Of a stretch of 44,541 nt of DNA, positions 12,918 to 23,693 are shown piece by piece. Where the stretch lies: the sequence record SRR31156797_11646. One strand, 5' to 3'. The notes beneath the pieces are model-generated. The model was given only the letters and a program-made list of their open reading frames with translations, was not told the DNA's origin and searched no databases. How positions within the stretch are numbered: the first letter of the stretch is position 1; every line of letters begins with the position of its first letter. The position numbers and the translations under genes are program-made.

Positions 12918-13460
12918 CTAATTTATTTTGATGGTGGCCACATTGCTTTTTTTCACGGTGACGAGCTGTTTATCCAGATTATTGTCAATGGTATAAAAAG
13001 AATATGTGTCCGCGCTGTCACTTCCCATATAGATGCGGGCGTCCATGAAGATCAGTTCCTTGCCCTTTTTGGTGGTGACGATGAAATTGTGTTGATCTTT
13101 GAAAATGAACGCTTCGAAATTTGTAAAATCTTTAAATCGGGTGAAGCTGACCACGGTGGAGGAACGGCCATTGAGTTTGCCGGACATGTATAAATAGTAT
13201 TTGCCGAGTTTGATCAGTTCGCTGATGACAATGGTGGAACCGTCTGCGAGTTGCAGTGTGCCAACCGGCCCATCCGGAATTTCATCCTTGAGGGTATTGG
13301 TGGATTTTGGATTTTGATCGTCCGTAGCTGGCGCAGGGGCCGGGGCAGCAGTTTGTTCTGCCGCTTCGGCATCCGGCATGGGTGATTCGACGGAATCGTC
13401 TTTGGTTCCACAGGCAGCAAGTGTCAGCACGAGCATCAAGGCTATAATAATGGTCCGCAT
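12918..13460 (-). CDS. Hypothetical lipoprotein
   Basis: Signal peptide with LAAC lipobox; GGAGG RBS; Ala/Pro-rich linker. Confidence 0.8.
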   Translation of the reverse strand: MRTIIIALMLVLTLAACGTKDDSVESPMPDAEAAEQTAAPAPAPATDDQNPKSTNTLKDEIPDGPVGTLQLADGSTIVISELIKLGKYYLYMSGKLNGRSSTVVSFTRFKDFTNFEAFIFKDQHNFIVTTKKGKELIFMDARIYMGSDSADTYSFYTIDNNLDKQLVTVKKSNVATIKIN

Positions 13461-13642
13461 GGGTCCTCCATGGATTTGTCATTGGAAAGGTGGTTTTAGC
13501 AGGTAACTGTGGGAGAATCCAGAGCCGGGTTGCGTGTCCATAATTTTCATCCTCTAAGTATGAAGAGGCGTGTGATTGTTTGAATCTTCAGCTGATGATA
13601 TATTGTTTTTATCTTTGTATCCATCGTACGCTGAGGAGGAAT

Positions 13643-14371
13643 GTGAAGTATCATCATTTTATCATCACCCGTTTCAATGTGAACATCTATCCCATTGATT
13701 TTCCGAAAAGACTTGAAGACACTTGGTTGTCATTACGACTGGAGTTGTTTCAAAAGTACTGTTTCCCTACGGTACAGGCACAGAGAAATCAGTATTTTAC
13801 ATGGTTGGTTCTTTTTGATGAGCAGACTCCTGATCGGTATAAAAATCTTATTACTATTTATGCTAAATACAGAAACTTTACGCCGGTCTATTGCGGGGCG
13901 TTCGACACTATTACGCCGCAAACTGTTCATGCCATGCACGAAATTGCGCCTGACGTTGACTGGTTTTTGACGACGCGGTTGGACAACGATGACGCATTGT
14001 CTACAGGATTTATCCAATGTCTACATGGGGTTGTCAATTCTCTGAATACAGACGATCTCAAACCATCAGATACATTGTATATAAACTTTCCCAACGGATT
14101 GCAGTTCTGTGATGGGGAATTCTATGATTTCAAGGATGCGACCAACGCTTTTGTCAGCCTGCTTGAACGTCGGGATAATCCTCACACGGTTTTTTGGGTG
14201 GATCACCCGTCGATCTATGACATGGCGCCGGTTATCCAGGCCGAGACCGGACCCTTATGGCTTCAAGTGGTGCACGAGATGAACGTGTACAATTATGTCC
14301 GTGGTGAAAAGGTAGACTTGGAAGGAATAAGCAGTCGTTTTCCATGTGACTTTGGGAATGGTAAGTCTTAG
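13643..14371 (+). CDS. Putative rhamnosyltransferase-like glycosyltransferase
   Basis: HFIITRFN, RLELFQKYCFP, FTWLVLFD, TTRLDNDDAL; GTG start 13643 after GAGGAGG. Confidence 0.75.
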   Translation: MKYHHFIITRFNVNIYPIDFPKRLEDTWLSLRLELFQKYCFPTVQAQRNQYFTWLVLFDEQTPDRYKNLITIYAKYRNFTPVYCGAFDTITPQTVHAMHEIAPDVDWFLTTRLDNDDALSTGFIQCLHGVVNSLNTDDLKPSDTLYINFPNGLQFCDGEFYDFKDATNAFVSLLERRDNPHTVFWVDHPSIYDMAPVIQAETGPLWLQVVHEMNVYNYVRGEKVDLEGISSRFPCDFGNGKS

Positions 14372-14377
14372 AAAGCA

Positions 14378-14413
14378 AACGGCCCCTGATCGCACGTACG
14401 ATCAGGGGCCGTT
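14378..14413. terminator. Bidirectional terminator hairpin
   Basis: Perfect 15-bp stem AACGGCCCCTGATCG / CGATCAGGGGCCGTT between convergent genes. Confidence 0.8.
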
Positions 14414-14416
14414 CTT

Positions 14417-16399
14417 TTAGAATTTCTGGAATTCGTCTTCTGGGAGAGCCCTGTACCCCTGTACTTCATTCGTTCTCTGGTACTGAGTGGTAGGATCACA
14501 AATGGAATCATTGAGCTTGAAGAAGCTGATGGAGGTATCGAGTTGCAGGACCTTGTCCGACAAACTTGCTGCTGCTTCGGCAACCTGTGATGCTGCTGCT
14601 GCGTTTTGCTGAACGACACGGTCGGATTCCTGTAATGCGCCGGTAATCTGTGTCACGCCGGAATTCTGTTCGGCGGTGGCGGCTGATATCTCCTGAATGA
14701 GCTCTGCTGTGGACTGAATGTCTGGGACAATCTGTTCCAGGAGCTTTCCGGCTTCTTCGGCCACAGCCACACTGGTCGATGAGAGTTCACTGATTCCGGC
14801 TGCGGCGTTACCGCTGCGTTCAGCCAGTTTGCGAACTTCGGCAGCGACCACGGCGAATCCCTTTCCGGCCTCGCCAGCCCGTGCAGCTTCAATGGCTGCG
14901 TTCAGGGCAAGCAGATTGGTTTGCCGTGCGATATCTTCGATTATGCTGATTTCTTCGGCAATTTTCTTCATGGCTTCCAAGGTTCTGCTGACTGCCTGAC
15001 CACCAACTTCGGCGTCTTTAGCTGCCTTTGCTGCAACTTTTTCTGTCTTGAGTGCTGTTGCGGATGCCTGCCGGATACTGCCGGACATTTCTTCCATGCT
15101 GGCGGATACCTGCTCAAGTCCGGCTGCCTGTTCCGTGGCACCTTGCGACAGGCCGTCGCTCGCATTGGCAAGTCCATGGCATTCGGAAGAGACGTCTTTC
15201 GAGACCTGTTGTACGTCTCTAAGCGTGTTGTTGAGTTTGGAACTCATTGTGTCCATGGCTCCGAGTATTGTTCCCATTTCATCATTGCGTTTTTCACAGT
15301 CCACATGGCTGAGGTCTCCCTCGGAAATGCGGGATACAATGTTCGTGCAATCAGACATGGGATTCATGATAGATTTTTGGAGCACCCAAAGAATGATGAG
15401 AACTGGGGCAATAACCATGGCGAGCATGATGGCCATGATGACCCACATGACCGTGGAAATCATGGCTCCCTGTGTAGCAATGTCCATGGACAGGACGATG
15501 ACACCAATGACTTCCCCTCGGTAATCTTTGACCGGGAATGCGCCCAAAGCATTATCGCCAGCGAGAGATATCGTGGTGTTTGTCATCCCTTTTTGTAGGA
15601 TATCGTCTGTTGCCATAGTTTGGGTTGCGTCATTCTTTTGTCCATATACGAGTACGTATTTGCCATCTCTGATGGGGTTTTTCGTCTGGTCTTGCAGCTT
15701 GGTGGTGATGGGCAGTAATTTGGAGTCCATGTACAGGAGCGTTTTGATGTCACCTGAAGATTCCATGGTTTTGAGGATTCCGGAAAATCCTATGAGAACT
15801 TCAACGGAGCCAAGATGTTGTCCTCCTGTTCCAGTGACAGGAGCCAATCCACGAATGGTGAATCCGCCTCGTCCTGGTTCAATTCCCAAAACTGCCTTGT
15901 GATCCCTATTTACATCGATAACTGTGTTTCGGAAACTGGACAGATCATCCGAAATATCGACCCATTTTCCGTTTTTCTTTGCCTGCTTTTCACGCCAGAC
16001 GCGAACCAGACTTCGCGCAGTTGGCAGGTGGAAATGGGCTCTGAAACTGGAGCCGACCGTGTCCTTGTATCCTTTGAGAACTGGAGCGAGTGCCGTACGC
16101 AATTGTTCTCTGGCTTCCTGTGCCCTTGGGTCCATCGGGTCATTCATGTTTCCCATATTGGCTATGGAAAATGCGTCGACAACAGCGGGCATTTTGCTGA
16201 ATAGAGCTGCCTGCTCCAATGCGTTGCCAGACATTTTGACAATGGATTGTTGCATATCCTCCACCTTGCCTTTGATGATGAGGGATACAAAAGACTCTTT
16301 GAGGGTATTGAATTGAGAATTGAGGCTAAAAAAGCCACCTGCAATCATTACCAACGTGACTATCAGCAACGGGGCGAATATTTTTGTTCTGATGCCCAT
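14417..16399 (-). CDS. Methyl-accepting chemotaxis protein (Cache-type sensor, HAMP)
   Basis: Two TM helices, large periplasmic domain, [38 protein letters not shown]. Confidence 0.95.
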   Translation of the reverse strand: MGIRTKIFAPLLIVTLVMIAGGFFSLNSQFNTLKESFVSLIIKGKVEDMQQSIVKMSGNALEQAALFSKMPAVVDAFSIANMGNMNDPMDPRAQEAREQLRTALAPVLKGYKDTVGSSFRAHFHLPTARSLVRVWREKQAKKNGKWVDISDDLSSFRNTVIDVNRDHKAVLGIEPGRGGFTIRGLAPVTGTGGQHLGSVEVLIGFSGILKTMESSGDIKTLLYMDSKLLPITTKLQDQTKNPIRDGKYVLVYGQKNDATQTMATDDILQKGMTNTTISLAGDNALGAFPVKDYRGEVIGVIVLSMDIATQGAMISTVMWVIMAIMLAMVIAPVLIILWVLQKSIMNPMSDCTNIVSRISEGDLSHVDCEKRNDEMGTILGAMDTMSSKLNNTLRDVQQVSKDVSSECHGLANASDGLSQGATEQAAGLEQVSASMEEMSGSIRQASATALKTEKVAAKAAKDAEVGGQAVSRTLEAMKKIAEEISIIEDIARQTNLLALNAAIEAARAGEAGKGFAVVAAEVRKLAERSGNAAAGISELSSTSVAVAEEAGKLLEQIVPDIQSTAELIQEISAATAEQNSGVTQITGALQESDRVVQQNAAAASQVAEAAASLSDKVLQLDTSISFFKLNDSICDPTTQYQRTNEVQGYRALPEDEFQKF

Positions 16400-16517
16400 G
16401 TGAATCTCCTGTCGGATTTTTACGATTAGACGAGAATATAGATGAGTTGAATATTATCCACTATTATAAAGTGTCTGCGTCGCAGACGGAACAACGATGA
16501 TGAGAAGAGGATGTTTT

Positions 16518-18029
16518 CTACAGTAAGCTTTGTACGCGTTGTTGCTCTTCCGTAATGTATGAGAATAATTCCCTGGACATGTCGCCGTATACCCTGATCG
16601 CTTCCATATTGAGTGGGACATCGACGTACTGCATAATGATCCTGTCGTCTCCGTCGTGAATATGAGGCATAATCCCTGCAAATGAAAAACCCATTTGTTC
16701 GCATTCTTCGACTAGGCGCGGCGAAGCGGGAACACCCAGAGGGAGGAAGGCATAAAGGGCATCCCGACGGTCCATTTTGCATTGATGCAAGCCTTCTGCA
16801 ATGTCCCGTTTCGTCGATTCTCCGATGGTATGAACAATAATAAAAGCCACGTTGAGTTCATCGGGTAAGGGAAATATGCTGATTGATGATTCACCTGAAG
16901 GCGGTTGAGTCTCGCCGTGTTCAATTTCTCGTGGTATTTCGAGCCATGAGTATATTTCGGCTACCATATCTGTATGTCGTGGCGATGCGTATATGGTCTT
17001 TGGTGAGCGATCGAAAGCGAAGTAGTGGTTTATGACCGAGCCTTTTTTTTGAGTTGACGTAGCCAACTCTTTGGCCTGCATGCCGGAAGCGGCGATGCCC
17101 AGAAATAGACTGCACGGCCTTGAGCCCATTTCATGCATGCCTTTCTGGGAAAATGTGTGCGTGGTCACCGAGCAATCGAATACGCCTCGATCTCCCTCTG
17201 CTTCGGCAATATCGAAGAGCAGTCGGGCCATTTTTTTGGGCAGACCGGGAGACCTGTATGAAGGGTCTACAAATGCCAGTCCAAGCTCGGGAACTTTGGA
17301 TGCGGGGTCATGATATTTGAATCCGGCGTGACCGATCATGGCTCCGTCTTCAGGGTCAAAGGCCGTAACGGATCGGAATTCGTTGAGGGCAACCTTTTGT
17401 TTCAGGGATTCAAGATCGTAAAGAAATTCTTCTTGAGTGAAACCGTAGCAGCGCCATGCAAGCCTGCATACTTCTGGCAGTTCTTCGGTTTTGGTTAAAC
17501 GGACTTCCGGTTCTTTGACAGTGGTTCTTTTTTTTCCACTTTTGACAGCTTTTGTGTTGAGCAATTCCGGTGGTAATGCGCCATAGGCCAACCGTTTTTT
17601 TAGCCGCGTTTCCTTTCCTTCCCGCCCATGGATAAATAATTCTACAGAATCCATGGATTGGTGCATCAGAAGGGTCCCCAATCCTGGTTTGTTCATGTTT
17701 TCAAGGCTGTCCGGGGTGTAGCGTTCGGCCTGCCCCAGATTGAATGGAATACCTTTTTCCCTGATGGAAATAATCAGAAATTCTTCTTCGACGGAAAATT
17801 CTATATGAATACGTTCTGAGTCTTTTACAGGACCGGAGAAGTGGTCAACAGCATTACAAAAAGCTTCATCAACAGCCAATTTGATACTAAAGGTATCTTT
17901 TTTATTGAAAGACAAAACCTTTGCTACTTGCGCTGCACAATCGACAGCTGTTTTAACCATTATTTTGCGAACAGGGAGCGTTAATTGAGCCAGAAAAAAC
18001 GTGACTGTGTGTTTTGTTGCAGCTCTCAA
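16518..18029 (-). CDS. RsbW-like HATPase domain fused to GNAT-like domains
   Basis: LAVDEAFCNAVDH, EKGIPF, PGLGTLLM in N-terminus; ELGLAFVDPSYRSPGL acetyl-CoA-binding-like motif. Confidence 0.7.
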   Translation of the reverse strand: MRAATKHTVTFFLAQLTLPVRKIMVKTAVDCAAQVAKVLSFNKKDTFSIKLAVDEAFCNAVDHFSGPVKDSERIHIEFSVEEEFLIISIREKGIPFNLGQAERYTPDSLENMNKPGLGTLLMHQSMDSVELFIHGREGKETRLKKRLAYGALPPELLNTKAVKSGKKRTTVKEPEVRLTKTEELPEVCRLAWRCYGFTQEEFLYDLESLKQKVALNEFRSVTAFDPEDGAMIGHAGFKYHDPASKVPELGLAFVDPSYRSPGLPKKMARLLFDIAEAEGDRGVFDCSVTTHTFSQKGMHEMGSRPCSLFLGIAASGMQAKELATSTQKKGSVINHYFAFDRSPKTIYASPRHTDMVAEIYSWLEIPREIEHGETQPPSGESSISIFPLPDELNVAFIIVHTIGESTKRDIAEGLHQCKMDRRDALYAFLPLGVPASPRLVEECEQMGFSFAGIMPHIHDGDDRIIMQYVDVPLNMEAIRVYGDMSRELFSYITEEQQRVQSLL

Positions 18030-18489
18030 ATTTGTCTCCGGTGCTATCCGTCTGAAGTTTATCGATGAATTAACGTAAACTCATAGCGAAAGCTGAAGAT
18101 GATCGCAATGACGTGGGGTGTGTGTGATTTATTTCACGTTGAGAAGAGCGTCTTATAAGTAAATAATATTATTTGTATTAATATATTGTGATAAAAAGTG
18201 CAAAGTGTGCGCGGTTGGTAAATTGAAGGACTGGAATTTCCTTTTATCAAGAAGTTTGATGTTGGACAGAAAGTTATGGTGACATTGGGACTGGTATTAA
18301 AGCTGCTGTTTTGTTTCTTGGGAGGAGGAAAATCATCAGTTTGAAACTATGTCGAATGGCGATCTTTTTATGAGAGCTGAGAATGAAATTCAATCATTAT
18401 ATTAGTATATTATAATAGCCTATCCTCAGGCATAGGCCTATTTCCCCATTGAAAAAGTATAATAATTTTTAATAAGCAGAAAGGGGATT

Positions 18490-20094
18490 ATGATGAAATG
18501 GTATCAGTCGATTCGGTTCAAAATAATTGGAATGCTTATGCTGGTAACGCTCCTGTCGGCAAGTTTGACCGGGGCGATTCTGTTTAGCCAATATTACAGT
18601 AGTGAGGTGACCAATCTGGAGGTTGCGCTGAAGAGAAGTGCCGAGACAACTCTGAACAAAATAGGCCTCGACGACGTGAAGCCGTATGTTAAGGGCGGTT
18701 CTGAAAAAAACGAATTTTTCATGAATAAACTGCATGAATTGGCTGCAATAGTGGATATTTTTGATCTTGCTTACCTCTATGTCGTCGAACGTACCCCCAC
18801 TGGCCAGTATAGATTTCTTATGGATGCAGCGATGCTGACAGGCGATCCAAAACCTCTGCAAATCTATGAAGGCGCACCTCCTGAGTTAGATAAGGTCTAT
18901 ACTTCCCGGAAAATGATTTATCCTGAAATTTATACTGATGAATATGGAACATTTAAATCCATTTTGAGCCCAATCGTTGTTAACGGGGAAACCATTGCTG
19001 TTATTGGTGCTGATTTTGATGCTTCCTCATTGCAACAGATTCGATCCAAGGTTTTGTTAACATTACTTGTCGCCATTACTATTTCTGGTATTATTGCGGT
19101 GCTGATTTCTTTTTATTTTAGCCGAAAGATCAACACGGCGATTACTGCGGGAGTAACTATTGCCGAATCCATTGCAGAAGGGAATCTTGTCGTTGACGCG
19201 AATTATTCCGGCAAGGATGAAATCGGTCTCATGATTTTCACTCTTATGAAAATGGTCAAGAAGTTGAGGCAGGTTGTCGGCGAAGTTCATTCCGTAACGG
19301 GCAATGTCACATCAGGGTCGGAAGAGTTGTCTTCAACTTCCATTATTCTTTCACAGGGAGCCACAGAACAGGCCGCTTCCATTGAGGAAGTTTCAGCGAG
19401 TATGGAAGAGATGACTGCTAACATTCAACAGAATGCGGGCAGTGCTACTGAGACACAAATTCTTGCTAACGGTGCAGCAAAACAAGCAGCGGAAAGTGGG
19501 ACGGCTGTTTCTAAATCAGTCACAGCCATGCGTGAAATAGCGGATAGAATCAGTATTATTGAGGAGATCGCCAGACAGACGAATCTTCTTGCACTCAATG
19601 CCGCCATTGAGGCCGCTCGAGCTGGAGAACATGGGAAGGGTTTTGCTGTGGTCGCTGCCGAAGTTCGCAAGTTGGCAGAACGTTCTGGCCTTGCTGCTGG
19701 CGAAATCAGTCAGCTGGCGGTGAGCAGTGTCGATGTAGCGGATCGTGCCGGCGAATTGTTGGGCAAATTGGTCCCGGATATTCAGCGTACAGCGCAATTG
19801 GTGGAAGAGATTACAGCAGCCAGTAACGAGCAGAGTACGGGGGCTTCTCAGATAAATAACGCCATTCGACAGCTTGATGAAGTCGTGCAGCAGAATGCCG
19901 CAGCTTCAGAGGAAATGTCATCCACATCCGAGCAGTTGTCAGCGCAGGCTGTTCAGCTTCAGCAGACAGTTTCTTTCTTTGACCTTGGAGATGCCAGCCA
20001 ACCCAGTCAGGGAATGGTGAACAGGTCCCCTAGGGAGTATAATAAGAGAGCGTCCGTGAATATGGAGATGGATGGCGGGTTTAAACGTTTCTAA
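18490..20094 (+). CDS. Methyl-accepting chemotaxis protein
   Basis: Two [12 protein letters not shown] sensor segment, HAMP, conserved signalling hairpin [17 protein letters not shown]. Confidence 0.95.
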   Translation: MMKWYQSIRFKIIGMLMLVTLLSASLTGAILFSQYYSSEVTNLEVALKRSAETTLNKIGLDDVKPYVKGGSEKNEFFMNKLHELAAIVDIFDLAYLYVVERTPTGQYRFLMDAAMLTGDPKPLQIYEGAPPELDKVYTSRKMIYPEIYTDEYGTFKSILSPIVVNGETIAVIGADFDASSLQQIRSKVLLTLLVAITISGIIAVLISFYFSRKINTAITAGVTIAESIAEGNLVVDANYSGKDEIGLMIFTLMKMVKKLRQVVGEVHSVTGNVTSGSEELSSTSIILSQGATEQAASIEEVSASMEEMTANIQQNAGSATETQILANGAAKQAAESGTAVSKSVTAMREIADRISIIEEIARQTNLLALNAAIEAARAGEHGKGFAVVAAEVRKLAERSGLAAGEISQLAVSSVDVADRAGELLGKLVPDIQRTAQLVEEITAASNEQSTGASQINNAIRQLDEVVQQNAAASEEMSSTSEQLSAQAVQLQQTVSFFDLGDASQPSQGMVNRSPREYNKRASVNMEMDGGFKRF

Positions 20095-20104
20095 CAGCGC
20101 AAAC

Positions 20105-20134
20105 GAAAAGGCCGGACTGATGTTCGGCCTTTTC
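20105..20134 (+). terminator. Intrinsic terminator
   Basis: GAAAAGGCCGGAC-TGAT-GTTCGGCCTTTTC hairpin after MCP stop. Confidence 0.75.
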
Positions 20135-20304
20135 TTGTTGAGTTTTGATCAATATAAAACACAATATAAATAGATCAGAAAATATATTGGTGGGTTCCGT
20201 GTGTTGTGCATCCATCTGTTCGCCTATGTGATATTCGTTTGCAGAATGTCATGGGTTTGGTTAGTAATTTCAGAGTTGTTACCAATTTCAGACGGATACC
20301 TCAT

Positions 20305-21399
20305 ATGATTGCCAAAGTTTCCTGTGCAGCCCTTATGGGCATCGATGCTTTTAAGGTTCAGCTCGAAGTTGATTTCTCCCGTTCCGGGATGCCCTGTTTT
20401 ACCATGGTTGGTCTTGCCGAGGGCGCTGTTAAAGAGTCCAAGGAGCGAGTGTTTTCCGCGCTCAAGAATTGTGGATTCAAGGTGCCACCAGCACGGATTA
20501 CCGTGAATCTGGCTCCGGCTGACGTCCGCAAGGCGGGCAGTGCCTATGATCTGCCGCTCGCCATTGGCATTCTGGTCGGTATAGGCATCATCAAACCAGA
20601 AAATGCTGATGGTTGGTTTATGGCGGGAGAACTGTCCTTGACTGGCGACCTCAAGTCTGTCCCCGGTGTCTTGCCTCTGGCGTTGGCGGCGCGACAGGAA
20701 TCCGGGAAGGGGATTATTGTCCCGGCTCCCAACGGGCGAGAGGGCGCTGTAGTCAAGGACATTCCGGTTATTGGTGCATCTGACCTTGGACAGGTCGTCC
20801 GTATGCTTTTGGGCGAGGAAGAAGTTGAACCTACAGCCGTGGACATCGATACTCTTTGGAATGAACGGCAGTCACATCGTGTGGATTTCGGTGAAGTTAA
20901 AGGGCAGGAACACGCCAAGCGCGCCATTGAAATTGCGGCGGCTGGCGGACATAATCTTTTGTTCATCGGGCCTCCCGGATCGGGAAAGACCATGCTTGCC
21001 AAACGTATTCCCACGGTGCTCCCACCTTTGCGTTTTGAAGAAGCGTTAGAAGTGACCAAGATATATTCCGTGGCCGGATTGCTTCAGAAAGACCGTGCCC
21101 TTATGGTCACCCGCCCATTCAGGACGCCCCATCATACCATTTCGGATGTAGGTCTCATCGGAGGCGGGCGATATCCTCAACCGGGAGAAACGTCCTTGGC
21201 ACATCGAGGGGTGCTTTTTCTTGATGAAATGCCTGAGTTCAAGAAGGCCGTTCTCGAAGTCTTGCGCCAACCGCTTGAAGATGGGGAAGTCTCGATTTCG
21301 CGTTCGCTCATGACGTTAAAATATCCGGCAGATGTAATGCTTGTGGCAGCCATGAACCCGTGTCCGTGCGGGTATATGTCAGACGATACGCATACGTGC
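20305..21399 (+). pseudogene. comM: ComM/YifB Mg-chelatase-like AAA+ ATPase, 5' fragment interrupted by transposon
   Basis: [61 protein letters not shown]; frame stops at TGT TAA (21400-21405) supplied by the transposon end. Confidence 0.95.
21395..21399 (+). repeat. 5-bp target-site duplication CGTGC (left copy)
   Basis: Identical to 37374-37378; removing the element and one copy restores the comM frame (HTC|TCSP). Confidence 0.93.
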
Positions 21400-21465
21400 T
21401 GTTAAAAATATTTTTATTTGATATTTAACAAAAATATTTGATAGCATGCTTACAATTATTTGAGA
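21400..21465 (+). repeat. Transposon left end with three TnsB-type sites
   Basis: TGT terminus; TATTTGATA at 21415 and 21435, TATTTGAGA at 21457 (20-22 bp period). Confidence 0.85.
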
Positions 21466-21497
21466 ATGAGGAAGCGAAAACACCTCCTCAGGTTCAC

Positions 21498-21525
21498 TTG
21501 CATATCTATTTTGATCAACTATAAT
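21498..21525 (+). promoter_or_regulatory. Sigma70-like promoter for the second tniQ
   Basis: TTGCAT-N16-TATAAT, ending 26 bp before the ATG at 21552. Confidence 0.55.
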
Positions 21526-21551
21526 AAAATATTAAACAAGCTAATCAATTG

Positions 21552-22316
21552 ATGTGGCCCATTCATCTTCATTTTCAGGAAGGCGAGTCGATATTTTCTT
21601 GGTTAATTAGGATGGCCATGGCAATGGGGACACGGCCACATTTGCTATGCCGGAGCTTTGTCAAAAGTCGACTTAACCGAGTAAGTGATTTTGACATAGA
21701 AATAACCACGGAAGAGTTCAGAATCGCATCCGCATTAACCGGCATCCATTTGAAACAATTTGAAAAAGCTTCTTTGAAAGACTACCATAAATTGTTTTTC
21801 AAGAACAGTCGTCAAAAAATAACATGGCTTACAAGCTCCATAAGTCTGCCTCCAACCAAACGGCTGGCAACTGTATGTCCATTATGCATGGCTAATGAAT
21901 CTATACCTCATTTAAAAAAAGACTGGAGGCTTACTTTTATAACAGTATGCCCAACTCATGCTGTACGACTCATAGATAAATGTCCACAATGCAATCACTT
22001 TTTTTATGCAGATCAAACGCTTTTTAAAATGGCAAATAAAAAGAGATGCGAAAGTTGTGGTTTTAAATTTGAAAAAATGTCAACTCCATGTACTAATGAA
22101 ATTTATTACTCAAACAAATTCTTCACAGATATTGATATGGATCCTTTAGCATGGAGGGCGTTCTATTTACTTGGCAGGCTTGTAGGTGAAGGGAGTTTAT
22201 ATAGACCAAAATTTGGTGAAGATACTGTTGCCAATCGACATATGATTTTGAAAAGAGCTTTTCTGGAATATGAACTTCTGTGTAACGACAGACGAGAAAA
22301 AAATGATGGCTTATAA
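21552..22316 (+). CDS. tniQ: TniQ-family protein (second copy, short)
   Basis: WPIH...GESIFSWLIR, VCPLC, WRLTFITVCPTH, CPQC, CESCGF: TniQ N-terminus and zinc ligands. Confidence 0.87.
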   Translation: MWPIHLHFQEGESIFSWLIRMAMAMGTRPHLLCRSFVKSRLNRVSDFDIEITTEEFRIASALTGIHLKQFEKASLKDYHKLFFKNSRQKITWLTSSISLPPTKRLATVCPLCMANESIPHLKKDWRLTFITVCPTHAVRLIDKCPQCNHFFYADQTLFKMANKKRCESCGFKFEKMSTPCTNEIYYSNKFFTDIDMDPLAWRAFYLLGRLVGEGSLYRPKFGEDTVANRHMILKRAFLEYELLCNDRREKNDGL

Positions 22317-22472
22317 GTTCTTTATTTTATTAGCCTGATTTTGGTGTCGGGGCCTTAAAATTTTAACAAGCAAGATCAATGTTGTCGTTTAATTTAATAA
22401 TTATCCGTCTTTTGACTGCATTATGTAGGAAATGAACAAGCGCACTGTATGTGTGCTTGTTTTTTTACATTC

Positions 22473-23381
22473 TTATAATGTCAATTCCCATAAGTGGAGC
22501 TGTCTATCGCCGGGAGCAACTTGTGTGTATTTTGTATTAAGTCCTAAAACTTTACAAATAAGTTTCGTATTGAAATTGGGAAATTCATGTCTGAAATTTT
22601 GTGTTGGAGGATTGTATCCTATTGGCTCACCTGCAAACAAAGCTTCATGTGTTAGGTCGTTCCGGGTTTGGCTAAGATCACTGATCTTTTTGTTTCCTGG
22701 TCGTATTTTCGCCCATTGCGGAAGTTCTACGTCATAGAAATCAGCCATCTTCACTGGGCGCTCTGCATGTGAGCCACTATCTGTAATCGCCCCTTTCGAA
22801 ACCGAAATGCGGTAAATCCCATCAAGCACTTTATACTGTGCGTCGAAGTGGTCCCACGGCATTTCATATGCACCGCTCAATAAGAACCAATGGAGGATGG
22901 CAAACATCTGCTTTCTTTCTTTGGAAGTGCTTTTTGAATAAAAATCATTAATACACTTCATGCCTATTTCACAGTCATTCCGTTTTGCTTTAAGGGGATG
23001 GAGTATGCAGGAAGAATGTGGGGTCTTGCAAAAATGCTGATAGCTTTCTGGCAAAAGATACCTTCCGAGCAAAAAACCATACCCCATTATCAAAAAACGA
23101 ATATGCTCGTCATCGATTTTTTCGCTCTCAAATGCGATTGAATGCGTAGAAGGTAAGAGGAAATATTTTTCAGGTAGAAGTGGGCCAGCTTGTTTAAAGT
23201 GATGTTTTTCAAGATGCGTTTGTTTTGCAGGCACATCGCGCACGGGGGGGTAGATCCATCCCCCTGCGACCTCCCAGGTTTGATATACTTCCTGAAGAAG
23301 TTCGTCGTAATCAGGTAAAGGGGATATTCTGATCCCATCAAACGAGAAGTTGTAATTGTTTATTAGAAATCCAAAGTTCAT
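22473..23381 (-). CDS. Hypothetical protein with C-terminal HEPN-like RxxxxH motif
   Basis: 302 aa; helical C-terminus FDAQYKVLDGIY...TRNDLTHE. Confidence 0.55.
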   Translation of the reverse strand: MNFGFLINNYNFSFDGIRISPLPDYDELLQEVYQTWEVAGGWIYPPVRDVPAKQTHLEKHHFKQAGPLLPEKYFLLPSTHSIAFESEKIDDEHIRFLIMGYGFLLGRYLLPESYQHFCKTPHSSCILHPLKAKRNDCEIGMKCINDFYSKSTSKERKQMFAILHWFLLSGAYEMPWDHFDAQYKVLDGIYRISVSKGAITDSGSHAERPVKMADFYDVELPQWAKIRPGNKKISDLSQTRNDLTHEALFAGEPIGYNPPTQNFRHEFPNFNTKLICKVLGLNTKYTQVAPGDRQLHLWELTL

Positions 23382-23693
23382 ACCTTGAGCTACTTCATTT
23401 AACCAACAGAAAAACTATTGTGATACAATTATTGTGTCGCAATAGTGATCGTTAATATTTTGAAATTTTTGAATTTCACCTGCAAAATAAGATCGATGGA
23501 AGCCAGAAAGAAGTCTGGGACTCCTGCTACAGCTTCCTTCGTCCACGAAACGTCCACTTAAAATCTTTATTACTCATCCACAAGATTAACATAAATCCGG
23601 AACACAAATAGTGGGCTATCGTGACTGTTTTGGAAAGTTCCTATAGCGGCAATAACCGAGCAAAACGTCAGAGAAGGATGCTGAGTAGGATTT

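Noticed and set aside
21394-21399. 6-bp TSD ACGTGC
   Set aside because: The extra A on the right is the last base of the terminal ACA; 5 bp fits TnsB chemistry and restores the comM frame.
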